Source: an uncultured archaeon
GTDB lineage: Archaea; Asgardarchaeota; Thorarchaeia; Thorarchaeales; Thorarchaeaceae
Direction: 5' to 3'
Length of the DNA stretch: 64,000 bases
NCBI GenBank assembly: GCA_964558645.1
Contig: CAZLEV010000007.1
Coordinates: forward strand, 1-64,000
Shown here: one piece after another, positions 56,012 to 64,000 of the stretch
How the letters are laid out: the number at the start of each line of letters is the position of its first letter
Numbering within the stretch: the first letter of the stretch is position 1
Program-made: the position numbers and the translations under genes
The notes under the pieces: model-generated
Databases searched by the model: none
Told to the model about the DNA's origin: nothing
Seen by the model: the letters and a program-made list of their open reading frames with translations, nothing else

Positions 56012-56984
56012 AGTGGGCGGTTCTCCTTTCCATTTTCACTTCTTGAAGCTCAGCTGATTCACGAGCCGTCATGCCTGACCAAGTTACCTGCTTAAGTCCC
56101 TCTCTCCTCGCTGTCTGCACGAGTCTAAGCATTGCTTCTTTCTTCATCAACGGAGAATCCTTGAGAGGATACTCAAGTCCGTATAGCTTGTATTTGTCTT
56201 GACACATCTTGTTGAAAGCCAACAAGTCGTATCTAAGAACATTGGGCATGTATTCCGCAACAAAGGCGGCAATTGCTTGAATGTTCTCTACACTGTCAGT
56301 ATGACCCGGAATCACCGGGGTACGAATCCATGTCGGTATGTCCAAATCTGCGAGAGTCTTTGCATTTCGCAGTATCTTTTCCAGCCCGATACCTGTGTAC
56401 TGTCGGTGTCTAGCATCATCCATTAGCTTGATGTCTAGGAGAACCAGATCTGTCATACTGACAGTTTCCTTCCATACAGCTTCGCTGGCATAGCCTGTCG
56501 TGTCAAGAGCCACATGTATCCCGCGTTGCCTCAATCCACTTGCGATGGCCACAGTGAAATCGTGCTGCAGGAGTGGTTCTCCTCCAGATATTGTAACTCC
56601 TCCCTCAGAGGTTTCAAAGAATGGGGCGTCTCGGGCGAGCTCATCGACAAGGTCTTCGACACTGCGAAGCTTGCCTATGATTTCCATTGCACCTGTGGGG
56701 CAGACATCTTCGCAGCTCCCACAGAGGTTGCAGGCCTTGCAATCTATGAGCATTCCTTCGTCTGCAAACTTTAATGCCTCCTGTGAGCATGCTCGGATGC
56801 AGGCACGATCTCCAATACACCTGGTTGCATTCCATACCACTCGAGGGGTGCTGTCAATCGTTTCTATGTTGTGGCACCAGATGCAGTGAAGTGGACATCC
56901 CTTGAGAAACAGTGTAGTTCTAATGCCTGGCCCGTCCTCTGTAGAGCATCTCTGAATATTGGTGATATAACCTGTTGGCGTCAT
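56004..56984 (-). CDS. Glycyl-radical enzyme activating enzyme (radical SAM) with ferredoxin-like insert
   Basis: DGPGIRTTLFLKGCPLHCIWCHN (CxxxCxxC), CIGDRACIRAC and CNLCGSCEDVCP, SGGEP. Confidence 0.92.
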   Translation of the reverse strand: MTPTGYITNIQRCSTEDGPGIRTTLFLKGCPLHCIWCHNIETIDSTPRVVWNATRCIGDRACIRACSQEALKFADEGMLIDCKACNLCGSCEDVCPTGAMEIIGKLRSVEDLVDELARDAPFFETSEGGVTISGGEPLLQHDFTVAIASGLRQRGIHVALDTTGYASEAVWKETVSMTDLVLLDIKLMDDARHRQYTGIGLEKILRNAKTLADLDIPTWIRTPVIPGHTDSVENIQAIAAFVAEYMPNVLRYDLLAFNKMCQDKYKLYGLEYPLKDSPLMKKEAMLRLVQTARREGLKQVTWSGMTARESAELQEVKMERRTAHCG

Positions 56985-59383
56985 CAGATGCTATGCTCCG
57001 TTCTTGCTATGATTTCTTCTTGCAATTCTCTGCCAATCTGTGTGAAGTATGCATTATACCCTGTCACTCGGACAAGCAAGTTGGAGTACTTCTCTGGATT
57101 CTTCTGTGCATCTCGCAATGTCTGTGAGTCAACGATGTTCACCTGCAAGGCGGTTCCGCCCACTTCATTGTATGCCCTTAAGAGGGCGGCCAGTTTCTCT
57201 ATGTGTTCCGGTGACCGTACCATAGATGGACTCAGAGTTATCGTGTGCGATGCACCGTTTGGAACGGTTTCCAGGTTCAGTTTCCCTACCGAACGAATTG
57301 AGGCTGTTGGCCCCTCGGAATCCATCCCTTGGACAGCTCCCACTCCTCCTGAGAGGAACTCACCCCTCCGTCTACCGTCAGGAGTAGCTGCTGTCAACGG
57401 TGCAAGAGGGATGTAGTAGTTCCAACTCAGATAGCCTGCCCTGTACCGCCGCCCGGTGAATGGGTTTTGACGCTTGAACGCCTCGTTGGCCCAGAAGACT
57501 GACAAATCTCGAGCGATGTCATCAACATAGTCATCATCGTTCCCGAATTTGGGTGCTTTTGAACGCAGAAGCTGGCGAATGTCCTCATACCCTTCGAAGT
57601 TTGTCTTTATGGCTTCGACCAGCTCATTCATCGTTAGTCTTTGCCTCTCAAAGACCATCTTCCTCACCGCGGCTACAGAATCCGCAAGTGTAGCAATTCC
57701 CATCCCCTCTAGGGTATTGAAGTTCCAGTCTGTACCACCTTGATTTACATCCTTCCCTCGTTCTGCGCAGCCGTCCAGGAGAGCACTGAGATATGGAGTT
57801 GGTTGATACTTGGACCGTATCGTGTCTGCCATATTTCCACACTCTGTGAGGAGTTCGATGAGTCTGACTAGCTGCACCTTGACCGCCTCCAAGAACTCTT
57901 CATAGTCTGTAAAGGTGGCTGGATTCGCTGTCTTCTGCCCTATTCTCTTGCCTGTTCTCATATCTCTCCCTTGATTCAGGGCTAACTCAACAGCTTTTGC
58001 TAGGTTGATATTGACGTCTACGGTATCAGATCGGTCATTTCCCTGCATAGTGTTTTCAAGGCATCCCACAATACCGTAGTTCCAAGCCTCTTCTCTCGGC
58101 ACGCCTTGCCATACCATTCCCTCAATACTGTGCTCATCAAAATTCATGAGGAATGGAGAGCCTTGTGCCTGAGAGAGAATCTCTGCTATTCTGTACATGA
58201 AGTCATCAGGTGTGTTCCTGTGAATCCTCACATTTGGCTTGGGCTCAAGAAGGTTGATTTCTTCGATTACCTCCAGTGCTAACCAAGTCAAGTCATTGGT
58301 AAGATCTTCACCTCTAGGGCCGCACCCACTCAGAGTCATTAGCTGACCGAAACTTGAGTTGATTCCTTGATTGATACCCAGCCTACCTTGATAGTCATAT
58401 ACGTAGTTGTGCTTTATCCAATAGCAGTGTAGCAGTTCCTTGGCCCAATCTCGAGTAATGCTGCCGGATTCTATATCCCTCTTGTAGAAGGGGTACATGT
58501 ATTGATCCCACCGACCGAAAGAAAGCCCTGCTCCAGGATAGGATTCTGCAGCCATCACCAGCATGTGTGTGAACCAGAGTGATTGCAGCGCCTCCCAGAA
58601 CGTTTCAGGAGGTTCCCATGGCACCTTTCTGCATATCTGTGCAATCTCTTCCAACTCCCTTCTTCTTTGAGGATTCTGTTCATCATCTGCTAAATCAGAA
58701 GCCTTCTGTGAATAACGCTGAGCGAGGTTTCTTGCCGTCTTGCAGTTCAGAATGAGAGCATCTATGAACTCCCTGTGCTCGTCGGAGAGAATCGTGTCTT
58801 TGAGACCCTCATACTCCTGAACTAATCCCTTGAATCCTTTCACAAGGACCTTTTCATAGTTGGGAATCACATGCCCTGGTACTGAGGCTGCGGTGCCAGC
58901 TCCTACATTGTTTAGCCTGCTGGCCTCTTCGAACCACCTTGCCATCTCTTTGTTCCTTTGCTTGGTTTCAGTCTTATTGAGGCAGCGGGAAAGGGCAGTA
59001 TTGAAATTGAATCCGACAATGAGCTCCCCGTCAATAATGCTCACCGGCATGTATCTCGTCATGACCTCGTCGAAGAAAACCGCTCTGCGCATCTGAAGGG
59101 TCTGTTCCCAGAATTCGCTGGGGAGTTCAACCTCCACTGCCATTGCCTTGAGTGTTGCATCAATCGATGGGAAGAAGGGGTAGATGGCAGGTTCATTTGC
59201 CCAGTCATGATACGAGTAGACTTCATCCCACTCAGAACCAGTAGTGAAAGAGTATGGTTCATTGGTGAGGTCTCTTTCATGGAAAGAGTAGAAATGGTCT
59301 CTGAGTTTTGTGACACGGTCTGAGAGACTCGGCGAGGGCGACCAGATTTCAACTCGTTCTTCAGGGCCTTCTTCCACTGTCAT
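56984..59383 (-). CDS. Glycyl-radical enzyme (PFL2/eliminase-like, substrate unknown)
   Basis: C-terminal LLVRVTGY glycyl loop; single-Cys loop IVGCLE; GRWDQY; PKFGNDD; TPDGRR. Confidence 0.9.
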   Translation of the reverse strand: MTVEEGPEERVEIWSPSPSLSDRVTKLRDHFYSFHERDLTNEPYSFTTGSEWDEVYSYHDWANEPAIYPFFPSIDATLKAMAVEVELPSEFWEQTLQMRRAVFFDEVMTRYMPVSIIDGELIVGFNFNTALSRCLNKTETKQRNKEMARWFEEASRLNNVGAGTAASVPGHVIPNYEKVLVKGFKGLVQEYEGLKDTILSDEHREFIDALILNCKTARNLAQRYSQKASDLADDEQNPQRRRELEEIAQICRKVPWEPPETFWEALQSLWFTHMLVMAAESYPGAGLSFGRWDQYMYPFYKRDIESGSITRDWAKELLHCYWIKHNYVYDYQGRLGINQGINSSFGQLMTLSGCGPRGEDLTNDLTWLALEVIEEINLLEPKPNVRIHRNTPDDFMYRIAEILSQAQGSPFLMNFDEHSIEGMVWQGVPREEAWNYGIVGCLENTMQGNDRSDTVDVNINLAKAVELALNQGRDMRTGKRIGQKTANPATFTDYEEFLEAVKVQLVRLIELLTECGNMADTIRSKYQPTPYLSALLDGCAERGKDVNQGGTDWNFNTLEGMGIATLADSVAAVRKMVFERQRLTMNELVEAIKTNFEGYEDIRQLLRSKAPKFGNDDDYVDDIARDLSVFWANEAFKRQNPFTGRRYRAGYLSWNYYIPLAPLTAATPDGRRRGEFLSGGVGAVQGMDSEGPTASIRSVGKLNLETVPNGASHTITLSPSMVRSPEHIEKLAALLRAYNEVGGTALQVNIVDSQTLRDAQKNPEKYSNLLVRVTGYNAYFTQIGRELQEEIIARTEHSI

Positions 59384-59555
59384 CGTTCTAACACCGACTG
59401 AACGTAGGCCTTCATGTCAAAGAGAGTAATAAGGATGGCTCCACGACACTTGCTGTGAAGACATTGACGACTAGGTTGGCCGATTTCTGGATATTGATGG
59501 GCGGAGCGTCATTCTGATAAGCGCCTTTGTCTTTGCTTTTCTTGTGTGAACACCA

Positions 59556-59702
59556 ATGGCTGATTTGAAACTAATTGTGAAAGGCGAGAACATTCCGATG
59601 AACGAGTTCGTGAGTAACATACTCAATGACTTGATGATGTCTTTTCTTACCAATCTCAGGAACGTAGACATGGACAAGATAGACACGATTGAAGTGTCCT
59701 GA
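59556..59702 (+). CDS. 48-aa protein resembling the MobB C-terminal-like small module (missing from the ORF track)
   Basis: Translates to MADLKLIVKGENIPMNEFVSNILNDLMMSFLTNLRNVDMDKIDTIEVS; directly upstream of AOR in the same direction. Confidence 0.55.
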   Translation: MADLKLIVKGENIPMNEFVSNILNDLMMSFLTNLRNVDMDKIDTIEVS

Positions 59703-59728
59703 GCTGGTCATTACGGAGCTGTAGGATA

Positions 59729-61561
59729 GTGATTCATCATTGTTGGAACGGTAGAGTACTCCAGATAGACCTCACTGACGAAAAGATATCCGAGAAGAAG
59801 ATACAGCCAGATGTGTACGAACGCTTTATCGGCGGGAAAGGTCTGGGAACGTATCTGCTCTATACCCTTGTCGGCGAGGGCATCGACCCTCTCGGTCCCG
59901 AGAACTCTCTGTTCTTCATGACTGGGCCGTTACAGGGTCTGAGAGCTCCGAACGTTGGGCGATGGAGTCTTCTTACCAAGTCGCCCCTTACCGGACTGTA
60001 TCTTGACAGTCACTGTGGAGGAGCTCTTGGTCGTGAGATTAAGAACGCAGGATACGACGCTGTGCAAATCACCGGCAAAGCGCAGAAACCTGTTGTTCTC
60101 AAGATCAAGGATGACCAAGTGGACTTTCGGAATGCTGGGGACCTGTGGGGCAAGGGCACGGTAAAGACCACCCGCATACTTGCTGACGAATCTGATGCTC
60201 GCGGCTCGGTATATGCTATCGGTCCAGCCGGAGAGAAGCTGGTGAAGTTTGCAACAGGATGCTGTGAACTGGCTCATCAGACAGGCAGAGGGGGTGCAGG
60301 TGCTGTGATGGGTTCCAAGAACCTGAAGGGCGTAGTCGCAAGAGGAACAGGAGAGGTTGATGCAGCAGATCCAGATGCTCTAAGAGATGTAAACCGAGAA
60401 GTAGCAAAGACATGGTCCGACAAAGAGAATTACGGTTTCAAGGATTTGGGTACAGGTTTCTTACCTGAAGTGGCTAATGGCTTGGGCCAGTTTCCTTCTC
60501 GAAATTGGCGGAGTGGATACTTCGAGCATGTAGAGGGTCTTGACATGTACGATGCTGAGAAGAAGTATGGGACGGGTGCACATCATTCTTGCCCGCACTG
60601 CATTATGCGTTGCACAAATGCATACAATACCGAGGACCCCTTTGGTTCTGGTGACCAAGTGGAATCAATGGTTGAGTATGAAACCCTTGGACTAATGGGA
60701 GGAAACTTGGGAATTGATGACATCCAGGCTGTCTTAAAGCTGAACTACATCTCAGACGACTACGGTGTTGACACAATCAGTGCCGGCGGTGTCATAGGGT
60801 TTGCAATGGAGGCCTACGAACGGGGTCTTATAACGGAAGAAGAGCTGGGATTTGAACTGACATTCGGTGATGGAAACGCTGCAATGGAGGCCCTCCGTCT
60901 TATTGTTTCAAGAGAAGGGTTCGGAGATGTTCTTGCCGAAGGTGTCAAGGCTGCAGCAGAGAGTATAGGGGATCCTGCTCAGGACCTGGCTGTTCATGTC
61001 AAGGGATTGGACTGCGCTGCATGGGATCCGAGGGGTCGAAGAGGCATGGGTCTATCATATGCAACTGCTGATGTTGGTGCAAGCCACCTAAGAGGCTGGC
61101 CAGCCACAACAGAACCCCCTAATGCTTCAGCTGTGGATCTTGTCGAGTCAATGGTGAGGGCTCGCAACGAAAAAGTCTTCACTGATTCTCTTGTGGTCTG
61201 CCACTTCACATATCATCTGCCTATGTCCTTTGAGCAGAAAATCCGTCTCCTGAATGGCGCAAGTGGTTTGAGCTATGATGAACATAGCATCATGGAGTTT
61301 GCAGAACGCGTTGCTACTCTTAGTCGCCTCTTCAACTACCGTGAAGGAATCACGCGACAAGATGATAGACTGCCTAAAAAATTCTGGACTCCGCAAGACC
61401 AAGGCCCACGAGAGGGTCTCAAGTCCTTTGTCGACAAAGAAGACTTCGAGAAAAGCCTTGACCGATTCTACGAGCTCCGCGGATGGAACGAGAATGGGGT
61501 GCCTGAGCATGACAGGATTCGCCAACTCGGACTATCCGATATCGTTGAAAAACGGGAATAG
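59729..61561 (+). CDS. aor: Tungsten-containing aldehyde:ferredoxin oxidoreductase family protein
   Basis: FIGGKGLG, KSPLTG, IGPAGE, GRGGAGAVMGSKNLK, CPHCIMRC, EYET, DDYGVDTIS, DPRG. Confidence 0.92.
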   Translation: MIHHCWNGRVLQIDLTDEKISEKKIQPDVYERFIGGKGLGTYLLYTLVGEGIDPLGPENSLFFMTGPLQGLRAPNVGRWSLLTKSPLTGLYLDSHCGGALGREIKNAGYDAVQITGKAQKPVVLKIKDDQVDFRNAGDLWGKGTVKTTRILADESDARGSVYAIGPAGEKLVKFATGCCELAHQTGRGGAGAVMGSKNLKGVVARGTGEVDAADPDALRDVNREVAKTWSDKENYGFKDLGTGFLPEVANGLGQFPSRNWRSGYFEHVEGLDMYDAEKKYGTGAHHSCPHCIMRCTNAYNTEDPFGSGDQVESMVEYETLGLMGGNLGIDDIQAVLKLNYISDDYGVDTISAGGVIGFAMEAYERGLITEEELGFELTFGDGNAAMEALRLIVSREGFGDVLAEGVKAAAESIGDPAQDLAVHVKGLDCAAWDPRGRRGMGLSYATADVGASHLRGWPATTEPPNASAVDLVESMVRARNEKVFTDSLVVCHFTYHLPMSFEQKIRLLNGASGLSYDEHSIMEFAERVATLSRLFNYREGITRQDDRLPKKFWTPQDQGPREGLKSFVDKEDFEKSLDRFYELRGWNENGVPEHDRIRQLGLSDIVEKRE

Positions 61562-61569
61562 TGGCCGTG

Positions 61570-62007
61570 TTAGCCGAAGAGACGTGCTTTGAAGTCTTTT
61601 CGCAGTAACACCTCATGTCCTTCCTCAGTAAACCCTGCGTCTGTGTAGAGCTGGACCACATCAGCTCGCTCTGTATTAACGGCAGTTTGGAGGGCTCGTA
61701 GTCCCCTCTCTTCTGCAAGGGAAACGGCCTTCTGAAGAAGTGCGGGACCAACAGTCGAAGATTCAAGGGGGTCATCTATCTCGAAGTTACGGATGACTCC
61801 AACCTTCCCTAATCTGGAATCACTCTGAATGTCCAACTTCAGAGCAGCTACCACAACGTTATCAGCTGCAGCGATGATGAACATGGTTTCGCTAACTGAG
61901 CCGGTCCTTGCAAGCGAGAGTCCCTGAAAGTCAAGTCCCTCTCGATTGTAGAACTGCTCCAGTGCAGACCTGTCTCTTGCGGTTGCGAGTCGAATGTCGA
62001 ACTTCAT
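61570..62007 (-). CDS. GNAT-family acetyltransferase
   Basis: IRLATARD, VGPALL..AV..AEERG, LYTDAGF; start at MKFDIR. Confidence 0.7.
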   Translation of the reverse strand: MKFDIRLATARDRSALEQFYNREGLDFQGLSLARTGSVSETMFIIAAADNVVVAALKLDIQSDSRLGKVGVIRNFEIDDPLESSTVGPALLQKAVSLAEERGLRALQTAVNTERADVVQLYTDAGFTEEGHEVLLRKDFKARLFG

Positions 62008-62091
62008 AGCAATGAAACCCCAAAGGATTGAAACCTTTAGTCCGCTCACTCATCGATAAAGCTTCTGAATTAGGTTAGAATGGGCAGAGCA

Positions 62092-62850
62092 CTATCGGAT
62101 TACATCGTATATCTTGTCCATGCATTGGGCGAACTCGCTGTCTGGGTGTCTTAGGATAACAACGTATCTGCTGCCTGCCTCGATGAGAATGGGAAGCAGG
62201 GGTATTATCGTTGCGACTTTAGTTTTGAATTTCTGTTGGACCTCTTTGATGATGGCTTCATCCTCGTAGATTTTTGGCTTCTTGTTGACTATGATCTTGA
62301 TATCGGGGACCTGCAGCTTTCTGGCAACGCTCAGTGTTGCTGCTGTGCCTAGAAGGTCCTGTTCATCGATTCGTGCGACCACAAATAGGAAGTCAGCTGT
62401 TGCCATTGAAAGGAGAGTTTCTCTATCAAGCCCAGGATGAGTATCAATGATCAGGTAGTCGAGATCCTTCTTCTCTATTACCTCATTGAAACCGTTTCTC
62501 AAATCACTGACTTCGTAGCCTTCGCGAAGGATTCGAGTTATATCTGAGGCGGTCATCGAACTCGGAATGAGGAAGAGCTTGCCGTTCTTGATGCGCTGTT
62601 GTTTTGTGATATCCAGACATGCATCGGTAATGTCACACTCGCCCCGTAGGTAGTCATTCAGAGTGTACTTCTGTTTCTGTCTGCCTAGACCAAAAATGAC
62701 GTGGATCCCTGGAGATGCCATGTCCGTATCCATTACTGCGACCCGCTTTCCATCAAGGGCTGCGGCTGCGGCAAGATTTGCGGCAATGTTACTCTTGCCC
62801 GTACCTCCTCTAAAGGAATGGATGCTGACTATCTGTCCAACCATCTTCAT
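62092..62850 (-). CDS. MinD/ParA-family ATPase
   Basis: Deviant Walker A SFRGGTGKS, VAVMDTD..SPG, YLIIDTHPG, IIVNK. Confidence 0.9.
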   Translation of the reverse strand: MKMVGQIVSIHSFRGGTGKSNIAANLAAAAALDGKRVAVMDTDMASPGIHVIFGLGRQKQKYTLNDYLRGECDITDACLDITKQQRIKNGKLFLIPSSMTASDITRILREGYEVSDLRNGFNEVIEKKDLDYLIIDTHPGLDRETLLSMATADFLFVVARIDEQDLLGTAATLSVARKLQVPDIKIIVNKKPKIYEDEAIIKEVQQKFKTKVATIIPLLPILIEAGSRYVVILRHPDSEFAQCMDKIYDVIR

Positions 62851-62853
62851 TCA

Positions 62854-64000
62854 TCACCTTATGTATCGAAGTGCCCTGGTTGTTTCCCAAGTCACGTGTT
62901 TCCCGAGCTTGCGAAGAACCTCAATGATTCTGTTGACCGGGATAGAAGTCCGTGATGATATTTCGCTGAGCGACAGGCTACCATCACAGTACTTCCATAT
63001 CGAATCAATGATGTCGTAGTCTCTCTTAGGGATTCCTATGACCTCTAGGTATGCAGCAAATCTGTCGTCTCGTTCGTCCATAACAGGAAAGAGCTTGGCT
63101 ATATGAGCCACACCTCTGGAGATGAGAGTTGCCAAAGCCTCAGTGAGGTTGCCTTTTGGAATTGAGTTTTCTTCGGCTATCTCACCTACCGTCTTCTTAC
63201 CATCTGCAGTCTTTAGAATCTTGATAGCTGCAGATTGTGAAGCTTCAGACATATTATCAAACAAGGCTCTTGAACGCGAAAGTGCTTCATCAGTCGGGAC
63301 AAGAAGCTCAATGGTATCGTGAGGATAGAATGAGCCGGGCTCGTCTATCTGTTCCTTGTGAATCAGACGCATCTTGCAGAAATCGACTCTGGAGATCAGT
63401 TTCATGAAGGGTTCAGTAAGCTTCCGGTAGACCTCAATTTCTTGACCTGCCCTGACAACAAATGTGCAGACTCCGACATCACACTTAGCGATGAAGAAAG
63501 AAGAAACTGGATCTAGGCTGGTGTGGACTACCATCAGGTTCTTCTCAACCCCTTTCTCATTCAGGCTGTGAAGCAAATCAAGAATCGCCTCCAGTTCATA
63601 TGCTCGGAGATTGGATACAACGATATGCCCATCCCATGTCAAGAGTCCGCCTCGTAAGATGCTGTCATGGGCTTCAATTTCAGATAAGACAACTTTCATC
63701 TGTCGAAGCTCTTCAGGAGGAAGCAGAGCTGTGTCATATCTCCGTGCTAGACTTGGGATTCCATCGAACTTCTGCAGTGTCATCTCGACAGAATCAGTGA
63801 ACATTCTGAAGTTCTTGAAGAAGACATCTTCGTTCTTGAGTTGAGCATAGAACTTACTCACAAACTGCTCTGCCAACTCTTCAAGAATAACACGATAAAT
63901 CTCTGCACTGTCGTCCTGAGAAACGAGCGCAATGAAGAACAAGTCTCCTTTCTTGACCCACACAAACTTGCTCTCTGCAAATGACATCATAGTCAGTTGC
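62854..64000 (-). CDS. Longin-like + roadblock-like + tandem winged-helix protein (5' end probably outside the window)
   Basis: 'KFVWVKKGDLFFIAL...ILEELAEQFVSKF' (longin-like), 'ILRGGLLTWDGHIVVSNL' (roadblock-like), two 'DG..(T/S)..EI......I' wHTH modules; frame open to the window edge. Confidence 0.65.
   Translation of the reverse strand, partial: QLTMMSFAESKFVWVKKGDLFFIALVSQDDSAEIYRVILEELAEQFVSKFYAQLKNEDVFFKNFRMFTDSVEMTLQKFDGIPSLARRYDTALLPPEELRQMKVVLSEIEAHDSILRGGLLTWDGHIVVSNLRAYELEAILDLLHSLNEKGVEKNLMVVHTSLDPVSSFFIAKCDVGVCTFVVRAGQEIEVYRKLTEPFMKLISRVDFCKMRLIHKEQIDEPGSFYPHDTIELLVPTDEALSRSRALFDNMSEASQSAAIKILKTADGKKTVGEIAEENSIPKGNLTEALATLISRGVAHIAKLFPVMDERDDRFAAYLEVIGIPKRDYDIIDSIWKYCDGSLSLSEISSRTSIPVNRIIEVLRKLGKHVTWETTRALRYIR

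Noticed and set aside
56984-59383. Calling the GRE pyruvate formate-lyase (pflB) or choline TMA-lyase (cutC)
   Set aside because: It has no Cys-Cys pair, and substrate-determining residues cannot be assigned without alignment.
1-64000. tRNA/rRNA genes and selenocysteine or pyrrolysine read-through
   Set aside because: No cloverleaf or rRNA-like segment seen in the intergenic gaps, and no recognised gene appears split by an in-frame TGA or TAG.

Overview
Gene-dense archaeal window, most likely an Asgard archaeon and probably Thorarchaeota-like. That placement is inferred from a Rab-like GTPase, a longin/roadblock-like protein, archaeal RadA, Hel308, XPD and FEN1 family genes, AOR and GGR. I found no rRNA, tRNA, CRISPR array, integrase or transposase. 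The standout is a ~20 kb block (16.4-36.8 kb). Its core is a tightly coupled 15-gene + strand operon (18942-34771) encoding four RecA/Rad51-fold proteins of graded degeneracy, an Fe-S XPD/Rad3 helicase, a Hel308-type helicase with an inserted SWIM zinc finger, a PIP-box FEN1/XPG nuclease, a membrane-anchored HerA/VirB4-like protein that has lost Walker A, three more membrane proteins and several unknown ORFs. Two inward-facing large genes with Lrp/AsnC-like C-terminal modules flank the operon. Three copies of a composite non-coding motif (core TTGGACAAAWGTATAYA) lie upstream of both flanking genes and of the operon. I read this as a candidate co-regulated, membrane-associated recombination or DNA-exchange system; the function is inference. 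The rest of the window holds asnS, a four-gene MacB/FtsX-type ABC system, a pseudo-Rab GTPase, a GH3-family ligase, a ~2580-aa surface protein, lipid-metabolism genes, a glycyl-radical enzyme cluster divergent from an AOR, and a MinD ATPase beside a longin-roadblock-wHTH protein cut by the window end. All family calls come from motif reading; no database searches were run.
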